From assembly GCA_039621445.1 (NCBI GenBank), contig CP154954.1:35387703-35451702 (forward strand): a stretch of DNA of 64,000 bases. Reading direction: 5' to 3'. The translations under genes and the position numbers were made by a program. Positions 1-11,500 of the stretch are shown one piece after another. The first letter of the stretch is position 1; every line of letters begins with the position of its first letter. The DNA is from Euglena gracilis. Taxonomy: Eukaryota. Under the pieces are notes generated by a model, which ran no database searches, was not told the DNA's origin, and saw only the letters and a program-made list of their open reading frames with translations.

Positions 1-18
1 CCAGAGCCGGAGTATACC

Positions 19-1458
19 ATGGAAACCGACGAACCACCTCAACCGGCCCCTCCACCATCACAACTCGTACAAACTCAACCATCGGTACAATCTCAACCGC
101 AACCACCGTCAACCTCCGCCGTACCGCTGCCGGAACCGACAGCGATACGGGTTGTCGGAGAAAACCCCCTGCGTCCCGTAGTGGACAATATTCACTATGA
201 ACGAGTACCACAATCTGCTGATTTCGCTTACACATCCAAAGGAGAACAATATCTTCCCCTTGACAAAATTTACGAACTTGGATCCCATTTGGGAGCCATC
301 AATGTGAAAGGAGTGATAATGGATGGCATTGGTCCAAATTCCAAAATTTTGGGTATACCCACCTGGGCACTACCTGAAGTTTTGCGTGTGAATGCACCAC
401 CACATCCACCTGGTCCAATGGAACAACTCGCTTCGGCGACGAATCTTGTGCCGCCAGTAGCTCAACCTACTTCGGCACCACAAACAAAACCGGTACAAGC
501 AGTTTCGACTGCACAATCAACATCTACACCACCTGCCGCATCAGCAGCAGGTTCAAACCAACCTACACCTATACAAAGAACAGGACCCCCAGCTCAAGCC
601 GCGCAGTCGGCACGTGCAAAAGCACCCGCACAATCTACAATTCCTGTTCGAGCACCTCCTGTCACAACCCCTTCACAACCGGCTTCGGCTGGACAGACAC
701 AACCACCTGTTGAACCGGGACAACCTTTCTCGGGTCAACCTCGGTTTCAGTCGCCAGCACAGCACGCTACTTACAAGGAAGCTCTACAACATTTAACAGC
801 TCCAGCTAAACCCTACAACGTTGACGCACGCAAACGTCCGCGTGGACCGGAGTTTGCGACACCTCCACAAACACGTCCAACGCCCGACACACAACGTCGT
901 CGTTTGGACGACAACCCACAAAGCGCGGACGCGCAACGAGATCGTCAGGACAACGATGACCTGCCGATCCCGTCCAACGTACAACGATCTTTACAAGAAA
1001 TCTATCATCTAATGCGTCCAGACAAGCCCTTCGACGACATCGCTGGACATTACACCGCTGGTGTAACTGTTACAATGTGGAGAAAAACACGAGCATACCG
1101 AAAAGACGGTGCATACCGTTGGAACGAACAAGAGCGCGAAGCCGCAAAAGGACAGAAAGGCCAGAAAGGCAAAGGAAAGAGCGAAGGCTCACCTGGTTAC
1201 GACTTGGACGTACAATTTATGATTGACCATCTGTTCTGGATTTCAGACGGATGTGATACAATTATGCACGAGTACTACGAGGGACAACACCCTGGGTTGT
1301 TGCTCCCGAAGTACATCACAACATGGTTAAACTCTACAAGGAAAAAGCTCGTGGCTTTTTCTTCGACGGTACAATTTCCTGTTACGAAAGCCAGGATGGC
1401 ATCGACAAATTGCCGGGTTTCTGGCAACTACTTTTCTGGCTTGGATTCCATTGCCTGA
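19..1458 (+). CDS. Accessory ORF of element A, N-terminal segment (Pro/Gln/Thr-rich, with a KGQKGKGK motif); frame is open from base 1 and the true protein probably shifts frame near 1320
   Basis: 479-aa ORF. RKRPRGPEFATP and KGQKGQKGKGK...YDLDV match KRDRGPENLTP and KGKGKGKG...DYDV in element B. Homology continues in the 1323 frame. Confidence 0.65.
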   Translation: METDEPPQPAPPPSQLVQTQPSVQSQPQPPSTSAVPLPEPTAIRVVGENPLRPVVDNIHYERVPQSADFAYTSKGEQYLPLDKIYELGSHLGAINVKGVIMDGIGPNSKILGIPTWALPEVLRVNAPPHPPGPMEQLASATNLVPPVAQPTSAPQTKPVQAVSTAQSTSTPPAASAAGSNQPTPIQRTGPPAQAAQSARAKAPAQSTIPVRAPPVTTPSQPASAGQTQPPVEPGQPFSGQPRFQSPAQHATYKEALQHLTAPAKPYNVDARKRPRGPEFATPPQTRPTPDTQRRRLDDNPQSADAQRDRQDNDDLPIPSNVQRSLQEIYHLMRPDKPFDDIAGHYTAGVTVTMWRKTRAYRKDGAYRWNEQEREAAKGQKGQKGKGKSEGSPGYDLDVQFMIDHLFWISDGCDTIMHEYYEGQHPGLLLPKYITTWLNSTRKKLVAFSSTVQFPVTKARMASTNCRVSGNYFSGLDSIA

Positions 1459-2342
1459 ACTTCGGTTCATTTGCAATGCCGGCCAGCAAAGCGCACTACT
1501 TGCCACATCCAAAGCTACAATACGGATGGGAATCATCCCTTGACGCACTGAAGACAATGTTCGACAATATCCGAGAAATCGGACCACAAGGCATACAATG
1601 GGAAGTATTCCCACTTCCAAAGGACATACAATTGGTCACACACGAAATGTTCTGTTACAATTACCAAATTTTCCTCAACGAACACTACGGCCCACACTTC
1701 CAAGTGGTCGGAATCGACCTGACATACCCACAAAAATTCGTGCTTTGGTGCACCCACTGCCACCACAAGTTCCCCGTGGACTTCTGGGGCTTTGGCGTGC
1801 GCGGTCGGACAACCGACCGCCCAAATGCACAAAGGGCGCAGCCCCACCAACGCGAATGGGCGGAGGCCCAACAACAACGAAGACTACTCGGACACATCTG
1901 CCACAATCCCCTCGAAGTCAGGGAAATCGGATACGCCAGACGAAACCACCGACAAATGCTTCTGCATATGCAGACCTTCCAATGGAGAGCATGGGTGTCC
2001 TATGCTCTGGAAATCTACAACCTACTCAACCCAAAACCAACACATCCACAGGAATACCTCCCTCTTCGACCTGCATGGGACGAAGAAGGAAAACGGAAGT
2101 ACATCAAACGCCTGTTTGGCGAAACCCTCCGAAGAGAGGACTTTGCCCCATTTTTCAAGGGCAAACGTACAAATAAGGATGGGTTGGCCATCCCGATACT
2201 GGACTGGCTTCCTCGCGGATTGGGAGGAAACAGATTTGTCGGATGGCAAAACTTCCGTCTGCGACCACGTATAAAACTTCCTGAACCTGAAACTGAACCC
2301 CAGCCGCGGAGTCCGAAGCAGCGCAGTCTGCAACAACAATAA
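1323..2342 (+). CDS. Accessory ORF of element A, conserved globular domain with a CxxC...HxC putative zinc site
   Basis: Collinear similarity over ~170 aa with ORF 35372-36406 (-): PGFW.L.FWLG..C.NFG, GIQW...PLP, YP....L.C..C, VDFWGFG.RG, H.C..P. Confidence 0.75.
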   Translation: MVKLYKEKARGFFFDGTISCYESQDGIDKLPGFWQLLFWLGFHCLNFGSFAMPASKAHYLPHPKLQYGWESSLDALKTMFDNIREIGPQGIQWEVFPLPKDIQLVTHEMFCYNYQIFLNEHYGPHFQVVGIDLTYPQKFVLWCTHCHHKFPVDFWGFGVRGRTTDRPNAQRAQPHQREWAEAQQQRRLLGHICHNPLEVREIGYARRNHRQMLLHMQTFQWRAWVSYALEIYNLLNPKPTHPQEYLPLRPAWDEEGKRKYIKRLFGETLRREDFAPFFKGKRTNKDGLAIPILDWLPRGLGGNRFVGWQNFRLRPRIKLPEPETEPQPRSPKQRSLQQQ

Positions 2343-2827
2343 TGGCTGCATCATCTACAACAACAACAACGAAGCAGCAGCGAAGCCTGCAACACAAACG
2401 TTCGAAGAACGTTTACCCCACCTTCACCTGCTCCTACAATGCCGGTGGAACAAACCCGTACACTCTTCGGACTCATCCGTTTCCTCTTCTGGTCCCTCCC
2501 GCGATGAGGAAATGGAAGAAGGGACAGACAATGAACACAGTACACGCTCCGTCTCCTCCGCATCTGTGGATTCTGAAAGCGGAGAAGGTAGCGTACAACA
2601 GGCTCTAAGGGCCGAAGTGCCACCCACAACGCCTGTTCAGCAACGACCACAAACACCATTACCAGAACAGAACCGGAGACACCTACGGAACCTCCAACGG
2701 CCGGAGGCCTACAACTCCCACAATGGCCGAAATGCCTTCCGAACACGACAGCCCCTGTACCTTCGTCAGACACGGTTCCTTCCGCCTGGGCAAATGCGCC
2801 AGTCGTAAGAGAAATCACTGACGAAGA

Positions 2828-4744
2828 ATGGCACAAAGATGGACAGAACCGAACGACTTTATACTTATACCACCCGAAGTCGGACGAGCCGCCGGACGCG
2901 TCCTCGGAAGCGTCCGAAGTGGCGTAGCCTCGATGGTTGCAATGGTGCGATCGAGGTCTTCTTCTTCGACGCGAAGTCCCCGCGACACGGGACTTGGCGA
3001 AGCAACCACACAAGAAGCTCCGGCTTCGACAACAACACTGGCCGCAGACGCGGTTGATGTCCAAACACCCGAAGCGGTGACAACAACCGAATCGACTACG
3101 GTCGAACAAACGCCAGCACATGACACAACACCCGTAGTGGTACACACACCTGAACAGGTGGTACCGACGGCTGCTGACGTACCATCTAATACCACTACTA
3201 CTACCACACCAACAGCCAAACCTGCTCCAAAATCGCCTGCAGAACGCCCTCTTCCGCCGCAGCGGAAAGAGAAAGGCAGTAAGTCCAAAGCCAAACCTCA
3301 GCTTGCAGAACCATGCAAACCGGCTGAGCGACACAACGAGCCAAAACCACCACCGCCTGGGAGTGGTAGCAAATCAGGAAAGAAGGCGAAAACCTCAGCC
3401 GCTACCACACCAGCCCCGACATATACCGAAGTGGCCGGGAAAAGCCGGGTCACTTCTACCATTCGAGGTAGAACGCGACAAGATACAACGTCGGAGACCT
3501 CACAAGATGACAACATGCCGGTTGATGATAATGCCACACTTTGGCAAGAAGACATTATCTCCAACCTGCCGAGCGTCGGAGAACGCATTGTCAACATACA
3601 ATTAGCCCGCGAACGCGGACAACCGTTGAACAAGTGGATTCAACCGCTTTTCTTCAACGAAGAGAGGTACAATTACTATGTTCGACATATTTGGCGATTC
3701 TACAATGCCAGATCACCAAGAGTGTTTGCCCAATACCTTGGGGAGACATTCCTGTTTGACAATCGGCCGAATGGCCAAACAACCTGGCTCTGTACAGTCT
3801 GTCACAACATCCGTAACAGCATGCCCGCTGTGCATGTCTGTTATGCAGACAACAAACGGAAGAACTTTCACCACAATGAATTCGTGCCAAACACAGCCGC
3901 CCTGATTTGTGGTGATTGTATGCTTGCCTGGAGAAAACTGAACAACTTCCGGTGGTCGGAAGAGGACAGAGACCGTGACGTACCAGTTTTCTGTGTCAAC
4001 TGCCTACGGGCAGACATATGGTTGCCCGCAGATGGCGGAAATCTCAAGATCGTACCCGGAAACGAGGAAGTTCTTGAAGATTTCCTGAACTACTACAAAT
4101 CGAAACGACAAATGTACCAATTCAAAAGTTTCAAGAAAGCTGATGCTTTTGAGCGCGGCGGAATCGCCTTTGACTTCCAAACTGATTCCGGCGGAATCAG
4201 ACTGGCTGTGGAATGTACAAAAGGGCGATTGCCCCTGCTGTTCAATGATGACGACTGGAAACGCGTCATCTACCCACTGTTTACAAAGCCTTCAACGGTT
4301 TCTGAAACCACACAACGTTGGTTACTCCCTGACTACCCACCAGAACGACATGGATACGAACACTATTCAGAATGGGTTGGCTCCATTCTGAAACCCCATA
4401 TAACCCGTTGTGCCTGTGCATCCCGCGTGCATAACGTTGATTTCAACGCTATGCCTGGCATGCCACCACAGGTACCAGCAAATCATCCAAGATGGAACTA
4501 CTACATTTGGCCTGCAACTTTTCCGAGAGTTTTCTGGGAAAACTTGCAAATTTACCTCCACAAGCGAGCTGAAACGCTCAGAACAGAACTTCCCAAGGAG
4601 ATACAAGAAGTCAAAAGTTGGGTTATCCCCAGGATTGACATGGATAATCCTGACAAGGATACCCTGGACCTACGTCCAACCGAAATGACCTTGGTACAAG
4701 ACCCACACATGGGTGAGTCATTCAAGGAAACCCACAAACGTTGA
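2828..4744 (+). CDS. Accessory ORF of element A, C-terminal segment: Thr/Pro-rich linker plus a Cys-rich RING-like domain
   Basis: 638-aa ORF containing CTVC...HVC...ICGDCMLAW...FCVNCLR. A homolog lies on the minus strand at 63716-64000 (VCAKCVDSW...VPVLCVNCLR). Confidence 0.75.
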   Translation: MAQRWTEPNDFILIPPEVGRAAGRVLGSVRSGVASMVAMVRSRSSSSTRSPRDTGLGEATTQEAPASTTTLAADAVDVQTPEAVTTTESTTVEQTPAHDTTPVVVHTPEQVVPTAADVPSNTTTTTTPTAKPAPKSPAERPLPPQRKEKGSKSKAKPQLAEPCKPAERHNEPKPPPPGSGSKSGKKAKTSAATTPAPTYTEVAGKSRVTSTIRGRTRQDTTSETSQDDNMPVDDNATLWQEDIISNLPSVGERIVNIQLARERGQPLNKWIQPLFFNEERYNYYVRHIWRFYNARSPRVFAQYLGETFLFDNRPNGQTTWLCTVCHNIRNSMPAVHVCYADNKRKNFHHNEFVPNTAALICGDCMLAWRKLNNFRWSEEDRDRDVPVFCVNCLRADIWLPADGGNLKIVPGNEEVLEDFLNYYKSKRQMYQFKSFKKADAFERGGIAFDFQTDSGGIRLAVECTKGRLPLLFNDDDWKRVIYPLFTKPSTVSETTQRWLLPDYPPERHGYEHYSEWVGSILKPHITRCACASRVHNVDFNAMPGMPPQVPANHPRWNYYIWPATFPRVFWENLQIYLHKRAETLRTELPKEIQEVKSWVIPRIDMDNPDKDTLDLRPTEMTLVQDPHMGESFKETHKR

Positions 4745-5117
4745 GGGTTTCCTGCCTCCAACAATCAGCTACGGCTGAGATGGGCGTAGTCCCGCATAAT
4801 GAGCGAAGTCTCGAGCGTGAATACGCACTTCATCATCGCGTTCAACACCGTTTCAAGACACAATGGCGGAATCGCCTTAAGTTTGGTGGATAACACGTTG
4901 ATCGCGAAGATTCAAGACCACAAAGACACTACGGTGTCAAGTAAGAAGACACACGAAGCACAGCATGCGCGCCAGAATTCTTTTGCGCTTTGTGCTCCAA
5001 ACAAGGTAACCGTAATTGGGAACCAGACCATGGTATCCTGGTACTGTCTCCCTGAACCTGGGACTGTGCCTGGCATCCCGACTGGCCTGGTCCAGAAGGG
5101 AAATCGGGCAGAGCCCT

Positions 5118-5127
5118 GGGAGGGGGA
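5118..5127 (+). promoter_or_regulatory. Polypurine tract (plus-strand primer) of element A
   Basis: GGGAGGGGGA immediately followed by TGTGTAC, the expected PPT/3' LTR arrangement. Confidence 0.65.
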
Positions 5128-5560
5128 TGTGTACCAGGCAGCCATTCTGCCATGGCACTGTGTACCAGATACAAGGGGCTACGGCCTACAACCTGGCTAC
5201 GGCCGGGCCGTACACAGTGGCATGGTTAAAACCATAAGACAAAGAGAGAATCTCAGAGCTAGCGAAAGCTTAGCGAAAGTAACTGGTTCCTAATTCAAGG
5301 TTACAGGGTTTGGTGCTTTGCAATTCTGTTTTAGAATTCTGAGGGCGAAGTCCCATTTGAATAGAAGTTTTCTTTCTTTCTTTTACAAAGCTCGAAAGAG
5401 CAAAAGTCACAATCATATAAGGGACTGCGGTCCCACCAATTCTTCTGCTTGTGTGCTTTGCATTCAAAAGGGGAAAAGGGAAGCAAATTTTATTGTTACT
5501 CCCCCCGCGGGCTTTTCAGGAGGAAAGCGTAAGTAGAAAAGCCGGGGTGGGACGTACACT
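5128..5560 (+). repeat. Putative 3' LTR of element A (~433 bp)
   Basis: Starts TGTGTAC right after the PPT and ends GTACACT (6-bp perfect inverted repeat GTGTAC/GTACAC). Satellite sequence begins at 5561 (attgggccttactcc). The partner 5' LTR is not in the window. Confidence 0.65.
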
Positions 5561-8500
5561 ATTGGGCCTTACTCCGAGTAACCGAATGGGTGTTCCAGGA
5601 GGCCTCCAAAGTCAGGGGAACCGTTGGTTTCATGATTGTCGTGGTTTAATGGTAAGAATAACATGCAGCCGAAAGGTTGGTTGCAATAAATGAGCACATT
5701 TAGATGGGTGCATTCGACCATTCCGGGGGACATTTACCAGGTCAGCCCAGGTTACCATGTAAAAATGGACCAAATTGGGCCGTACTCCGAGTTACCGAAT
5801 GGGTGTTCCAGGAGGCCTCCAAAGTCAGGGGACCCGTTGGTTTCATGATTGTCGTGGTTTAATGGTAAGAAAAACATGCACCCGAAAGGTTGGTTGCAAG
5901 AAATGAGCAGATTTAGATGGGTGCATTCGACCATTCCGGGGGACATTTACCAGGTCAGCCCAGGTTGCCATGTAAAAATGGACCAAGTTGGGCCTTACTC
6001 CGAGTAACCGAATGGGTGTTCCAGGACGCCTCCAAAGTCAGGGGACCCGTTGGTTTCACGATTCTCGTGGTTTACTGGTAAGAAAAACATGCAGCCGGAA
6101 GGTTGGTTGCAAGGAATGAGCACATTTAGATGGGTGCATTCGACCATTCCGGGGGACATTTACCAGGTCAGCCCAGGTTACCATGTAAAAATGGACCAAA
6201 TTGGGCCTTACTCCGAGTAACCGAATGGGTGTTCCAGGAGGCCTCCAAAGTCAGGGGACCCGTTGGTTTCATGATTGTCGTGGTTTAATGGTAAGAAAAA
6301 CATGCAGCCGGAAGGTTGGTTGCAAGAAATGAGCACATTTAGATGGGTGCATTCGACCATTCCGGGGGACATATACCAGGTCAGCCCAGGTTACCATGTA
6401 AAAATGGACCAAATTGGGCCTTATTCCGAGTAACCGAATGGGTGTTCCAGGAGGCCTCCAAAGTCAGGGGACCCGTTGGTTTCATGATTTTCGTGGTTTA
6501 ATGGTAAGAATAACATGCAGCCGAAAGGTTGGTTGCAATAAATGAGCACATTTAGATGGGTGCATTCGACCATTCCGGGGGACATTTACCAGGTCAGCCC
6601 AGGTTACCATGTAAAAATGGACCAAATTGGGCCTTACTCCGAGTTAGCGAATGGGTGTTCCAGGAGGCCTCCAAAGTCAGGGGAACCGTTGGTTTCATGA
6701 TCGTCGTGGTTTAATGGAAGAAGAACATGCAGCCGAAAGGTTGGTTGCAATAAATGAGCACATTTAGATGGGTGCATTCGACCATTCCGGGGGACATTTT
6801 CTAGGTCAGCCCAGGTTACCATGTAAAAAGGGACCAAATTGGGCCTTACTCCGAGTAACCGAATGGGTGTTCCAGGACGCCTCCAAAGTCAGGGGACCCG
6901 TTGGTTTCACGATTGCGTGGTTTAATGGTAAAAAAAACATGCAGCCGGAAGGTTGGTTGCAAGAAATGAGCAGATTTAGATGGGTGCATTCGACCATTCC
7001 GGGGGACATTTACCAGGTCAGCCCAGGTTGCCATGTAAAAATGGACCAAATTGGGCCTTACTCCGAGTAACCGAATGGGTGTTCCAGGAGGCCGCCAAAG
7101 TCAGGGGACCCGTTGGTTTCACGATTGTCGTGGTTTAATGGTAAGAAAAACATGCAGCCGGAAGGTTGGTTGCAAGAAATGAGCAGATTTAGATGGGTGC
7201 ATTCGACCATTCCGGGGGACATTTACCAGGTCAGCCCAGGTTGCCATGTAAAAATGGACCAAATTGGGCCTTACTCCGAGTAACCGAATGGGTGTTCCAG
7301 GAGGCCGCCAAAGTCAGGGGACCCGTTGGTTTCACGATTGTCGTGGTTTAATGGTAAGAAAAACATGCAGCCGGAAGGTTGGTTGCAAGAAATGAGCACA
7401 TTTAGATGGGTGCATTCGACCATTCCGGGGGACATTTACCAGGTCAGCCCAGGTTACCATGTAAAAATGGACCAAATTGGGCCTTACTCCGAGTAACCGA
7501 ATGGGTGTTCCAGGAGGCCTCCAAAGTCAGGGGACCCGTTGGTTTCACGATTGTCGTGGTTTAATGGTAAGAAAAACATGCAGCCGGAAGGTTGGTTGCA
7601 AGAAATGAGCAGATTTAGATGGGTGCATTCGACCATTCCGGGGGACATTTACCAGGTCAGCCCAGGTTACCATGTAAAAATGGACCAAATTGGGCCTTAC
7701 TCCGAGTAACCGAATGGGTGTTCCAGGAGGCCGCCAAAGTCAGGGGACCCGTTGGTTTCACGATTGTCGTGGTTTAATGGTAAGAAAAACATGCAGCGGG
7801 AATGTTGGTTGCAAGAAACGAGCAGATTTAGATGGGTGCATTCGACCATTCCGGGGGACATTTACCAGGTCAGCCCAGGTTACCATGTAAAAATGGACCA
7901 AACTGGGCCTTACTCCGAGTAACCGAATGGGTGTTCCAGGAGGCCTCCAAAGTCAGGGGAGCCGTTGGTTTCATGATTGTCGTGGTTTAATGGTAAGAAA
8001 TACATGCAGCCGGAAGGTTGGTTGCAAGAAATGAGCAGATTGAGATGGGTGCATTCGACCATTCCGGGGGACATTTACCAGGTCAGCCCAGGTTACCATG
8101 TAAAAATGGACCAAATTGGGCCTTACTCCGAGTAACCGAATGGGTGTTCCAGGAGGCCTCCAAAGTCAGGGGACCCGTTGGTTTCACGATTGTCGTGGTT
8201 TAATGGTAAGAAAAACATGCAGCCGGAAGGTTGGTTGCAAGGAATGAGCCCATTTAGATGGGTGCACTCGACCATTCCGGGGGACATTTACCAGGTCAGC
8301 CCAGGTTACCATGTAAAAATGGACCAAATTGGGCCTTACTCCGAGTAACCGAATGGGTGTTCCAGGAGGCCTCCAAAGTCAGGGGACCCGTTGGTTTCAC
8401 GATTGTCGTGGTTAAATGGTAAGAAAAACATGCAGCCGGAAGGTTGGTTGCAGGAAATGAGCAGATTTAGATGGGTGCATTCGACCATTCCGGGGGACAT

Positions 8501-11500
8501 TTACCAGGTCAGCCCAGGTTACCATGTAAAAATGGACCAAATTGGGCCTTACTCCGAGTAACCGAATGGGTGTTCCAGGAGGCCTCCAAAGTCAGGGGAC
8601 CCGTTGGTTTCACGATTGTCGTGGTTTAATGGTAAGAAAAACATGCAGCCGGAAGGTTGGTTGCAAGAAATGAGCAGATTTAGATGGGTGCATTCGACCA
8701 TTCCGGGGGACATTTACCAGGTCAGCCCAGGTTACCATGTAAAAATGGACCAAATTGGGCCTTACTCCGAGTAACCGAATGGGTGTTCCAGGAGGCCGCC
8801 AAAGTCAGGGGACCCGTTGGTTTCACGATTGTCGTGGTTTAATGGTAAGAAAAACATGCAGCGGGAATGTTGGTTGCAAGAAATGAGCAGATTTAGATGG
8901 GTGCATTCGACCATTCCGGGGGACATTTACCAGGTCAGCCCAGGTTACCATGTAAAAATGGACCAAATTGGGCCTTACTCCGAGTAACCGAATGGGTGTT
9001 CCAGGAGGCCTCCAAAGTCAGGGGACCCGTTGGTTTCATGATTGTCGTGGTTTAATGGTAAGAAAAACATGCAGCGGGAATGTTGGTTGCAAGAAATGAG
9101 CAGATTTAGATCGGTGCATTCGACCATTCCGGGGGACATTTACCAGGTCAGCCCAGGTTACCATGTAAAAATGGACCAAACTGGGCCTTACTCCGAGTAA
9201 CCGAATGGGTGTTCCAGGAGGCCTCCAAAGTCAGGGGACCCGTTGGTTTCATGATTGTCGTGGTTTAATGGTAAGAAAAACATGCAGCGGGAATGTTGGT
9301 TGCAAGAAACGAGCAGATTTAGATGGGGGCATTCGACCATTCCGGGGGACATTTACCAGGTCAGCCCAGGTTACCATGTAAAAATGGACCAAACTGGGCC
9401 TTACTCCGAGTAACCGAATGGGTGTTCCAGGAGGCCTCCAAAGTCAGGGGAGCCGTTGGTTTCATGATTGTCGTGGTTTAATGGTAAGAAAAACATGCAG
9501 CGGGAATGTTGGTTGCAAGAAATGAGCAGATTTAGATGGGTGCATTCGACCATTCCGGGGGACATTTACCAGGTCAGCCCAGGTTACCATGTAAAAATGG
9601 ACCAAATTGGGCCTTACTCCGAGTAACCAAATGGGTGTTCCAGGACGCCTCCAAAGTCAGGGGACCCGTTGGTTTCATGATTGTCGTGGTTTAATGGTAA
9701 GAAAAACATGCAGCCGGAAGGTTGGTTGCAAGAAATGAGCAGATTTAGATGGGTGCATTCGACCATTCCGGGGGACATTTACCAGGTCAGCCCAGGTTAC
9801 CATGTAAAAATGGACCAAATTGGGCCTTACTCCGAGTAACCGAATGGGTGTTCCAGGACGCCTCCAAAGTCAGGGGACCCGTTGGTTTCATGATTGTCGT
9901 GGTTTAATGGTAAGAAAAACATGCAGCCGGAAGGTTGGTTGCAAGAAATGAGCAGATTTAGATGGGTGCATTCGACCATTCCGGGGGACATTTACCAGGT
10001 CAGCCCAGGTTACCATGTAAAAATGGACCAAATTGGGCCTTACTCCGAGTAACCGAATGGGTGTTCCAGGAGGCCGCCAAAGTCAGGGGACCCGTTGGTT
10101 TCACGATTGTCGTGGTTTAATGGTAAGAAAAACATGCAGCGGGAATGTTGGTTGCAAGAAACGAGCAGATTTAGATGGGTGCATTCGACCATTCCGGGGG
10201 ACATTTACCAGGTCAGCCCAGGTTACCATGTAAAAATGGACCAAACTGGGCCTTACTCCGAGTAACCGAATGGGTGTTCCAGGAGGCCGCCAAAGTCAGG
10301 GGACCCGTTGGTTTCACGATTGTCGTGGTTTAATGGTAAGAAAAACATGCAGCGGGAATGTTGGTTGCAAGAAACGAGCAGATTTAGATGGGTGCATTCG
10401 ACCATTCCGGGGGACATTTACCAGGTCAGCCCAGGTTACCATGTAAAAATGGACCAAACTGGGCCTTACTCCGAGTAACCGAATGGGTGTTCCAGGAGGC
10501 CTCCAAAGTCAGGGGAGCCGTTGGTTTCATGATTGTCGTGGTTTAATGGTAAGAAAAGCATGCAGCGGGAATGTTGGTTGCAAGAAATGAGCAGATTTAG
10601 ATGGGTGCATTCGACCATTCCGGGGGACATTTACCAGGTCAGCCCAGGTTACCATGTAAAAATGGACCAAACTGGGCCTTACTCCGAGTAACCGAATGGG
10701 TGTTCCAGGAGGCCTCCAAAGTCAGGGGACCCGTTGGTTTCACGATTGTCGTGGTTTAATGGTAAGAAAAACATGCAGCCGGAAGGTTGGTTGCAAGAAA
10801 TGAGCAGATTTAGATGGGTGCATTCGACCATTCCGGGGGACATTTACCAGGTCAGCCCAGGTTACCATGTAAAAATGGACCAAATTGGGCCTTACTCCGA
10901 GTAACCGAATGGGTGTTCCAGGAGGCCGCCAAAGTCAGGGGACCCGTTGGTTTCACGATTGTCGTTGTTTAATGGTAAGAAAAACATGCAGCGGGAATGT
11001 TGGTTGCAAGAAATGAGCAGATTTAGATGGGGGCATTCGACCATTCCGGGGGACATTTACCAGGTCAGCCCAGGTTACCATGTAAAAATGGACCAAACTG
11101 GGCCTTACTCCGAGTACCGAATGGGTGTTCCAGGAGGCCTCCAAAGTCAGGGGAGCCGTTGGTTTCATGATTGTCGTGGTTTAATGGTAAGAAAAACAAG
11201 CAGCGGGAATGTTGGTTGCAAGAAATGAGCAGATTTAGATGGGTGCATTCGACCATTCCGGGGGACATTTACCAGGTCAGCCCAGGTTACCATGTAAAAA
11301 TGGACCAAACTGGGCCTTACTCCGAGTAACCGAATGGGTGTTCCAGGAGGCCTCCAAAGTCAGGGGACCCGTTGGTTTCATGATTGTCGTGGTTTAATGG
11401 TAAGAAAAACATGCAGCCGGAAGGTTGGTTGCAAGAAATGAGCACATTTAGATGGGTGCATTCGACCATTCCGGGGGACATTTACCAGGTCAGCCCAGGT

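Larger units (their letters stand above)
1..5560 (+). mobile_element. 3' portion of an LTR retrotransposon (element A): accessory ORF, 3' UTR, PPT and 3' LTR; continues beyond the left window edge
   Basis: Its ORFs are homologous to the ORF downstream of integrase/chromodomain in the Gypsy element at 35393-44653 (LPGFWQLLFWLGFHCLNFG vs MPGFWELWFWLGYPCQNFG; VDFWGFG in both). They are followed by a purine tract and a segment bounded by TGTGTAC...GTACACT that ends exactly at the satellite. Confidence 0.8.

Noticed and set aside
2351-3334. 327-aa Cys/Arg-rich minus-strand ORF
   Set aside because: It is the antisense of the ACA/CCA-rich low-complexity linker and has no independent support.
4799-5293. 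164-aa ORF after the accessory gene
   Set aside because: It runs across the PPT into the putative LTR, and has no recognisable motif or homolog in the window.
5700-5835. Internal ~95-bp sub-repeat in the monomer (gatgggtg...gggggac vs aatgggtg...ggggac)
   Set aside because: Only two short words match and their spacing differs, which is too little to claim an ancestral dimer.
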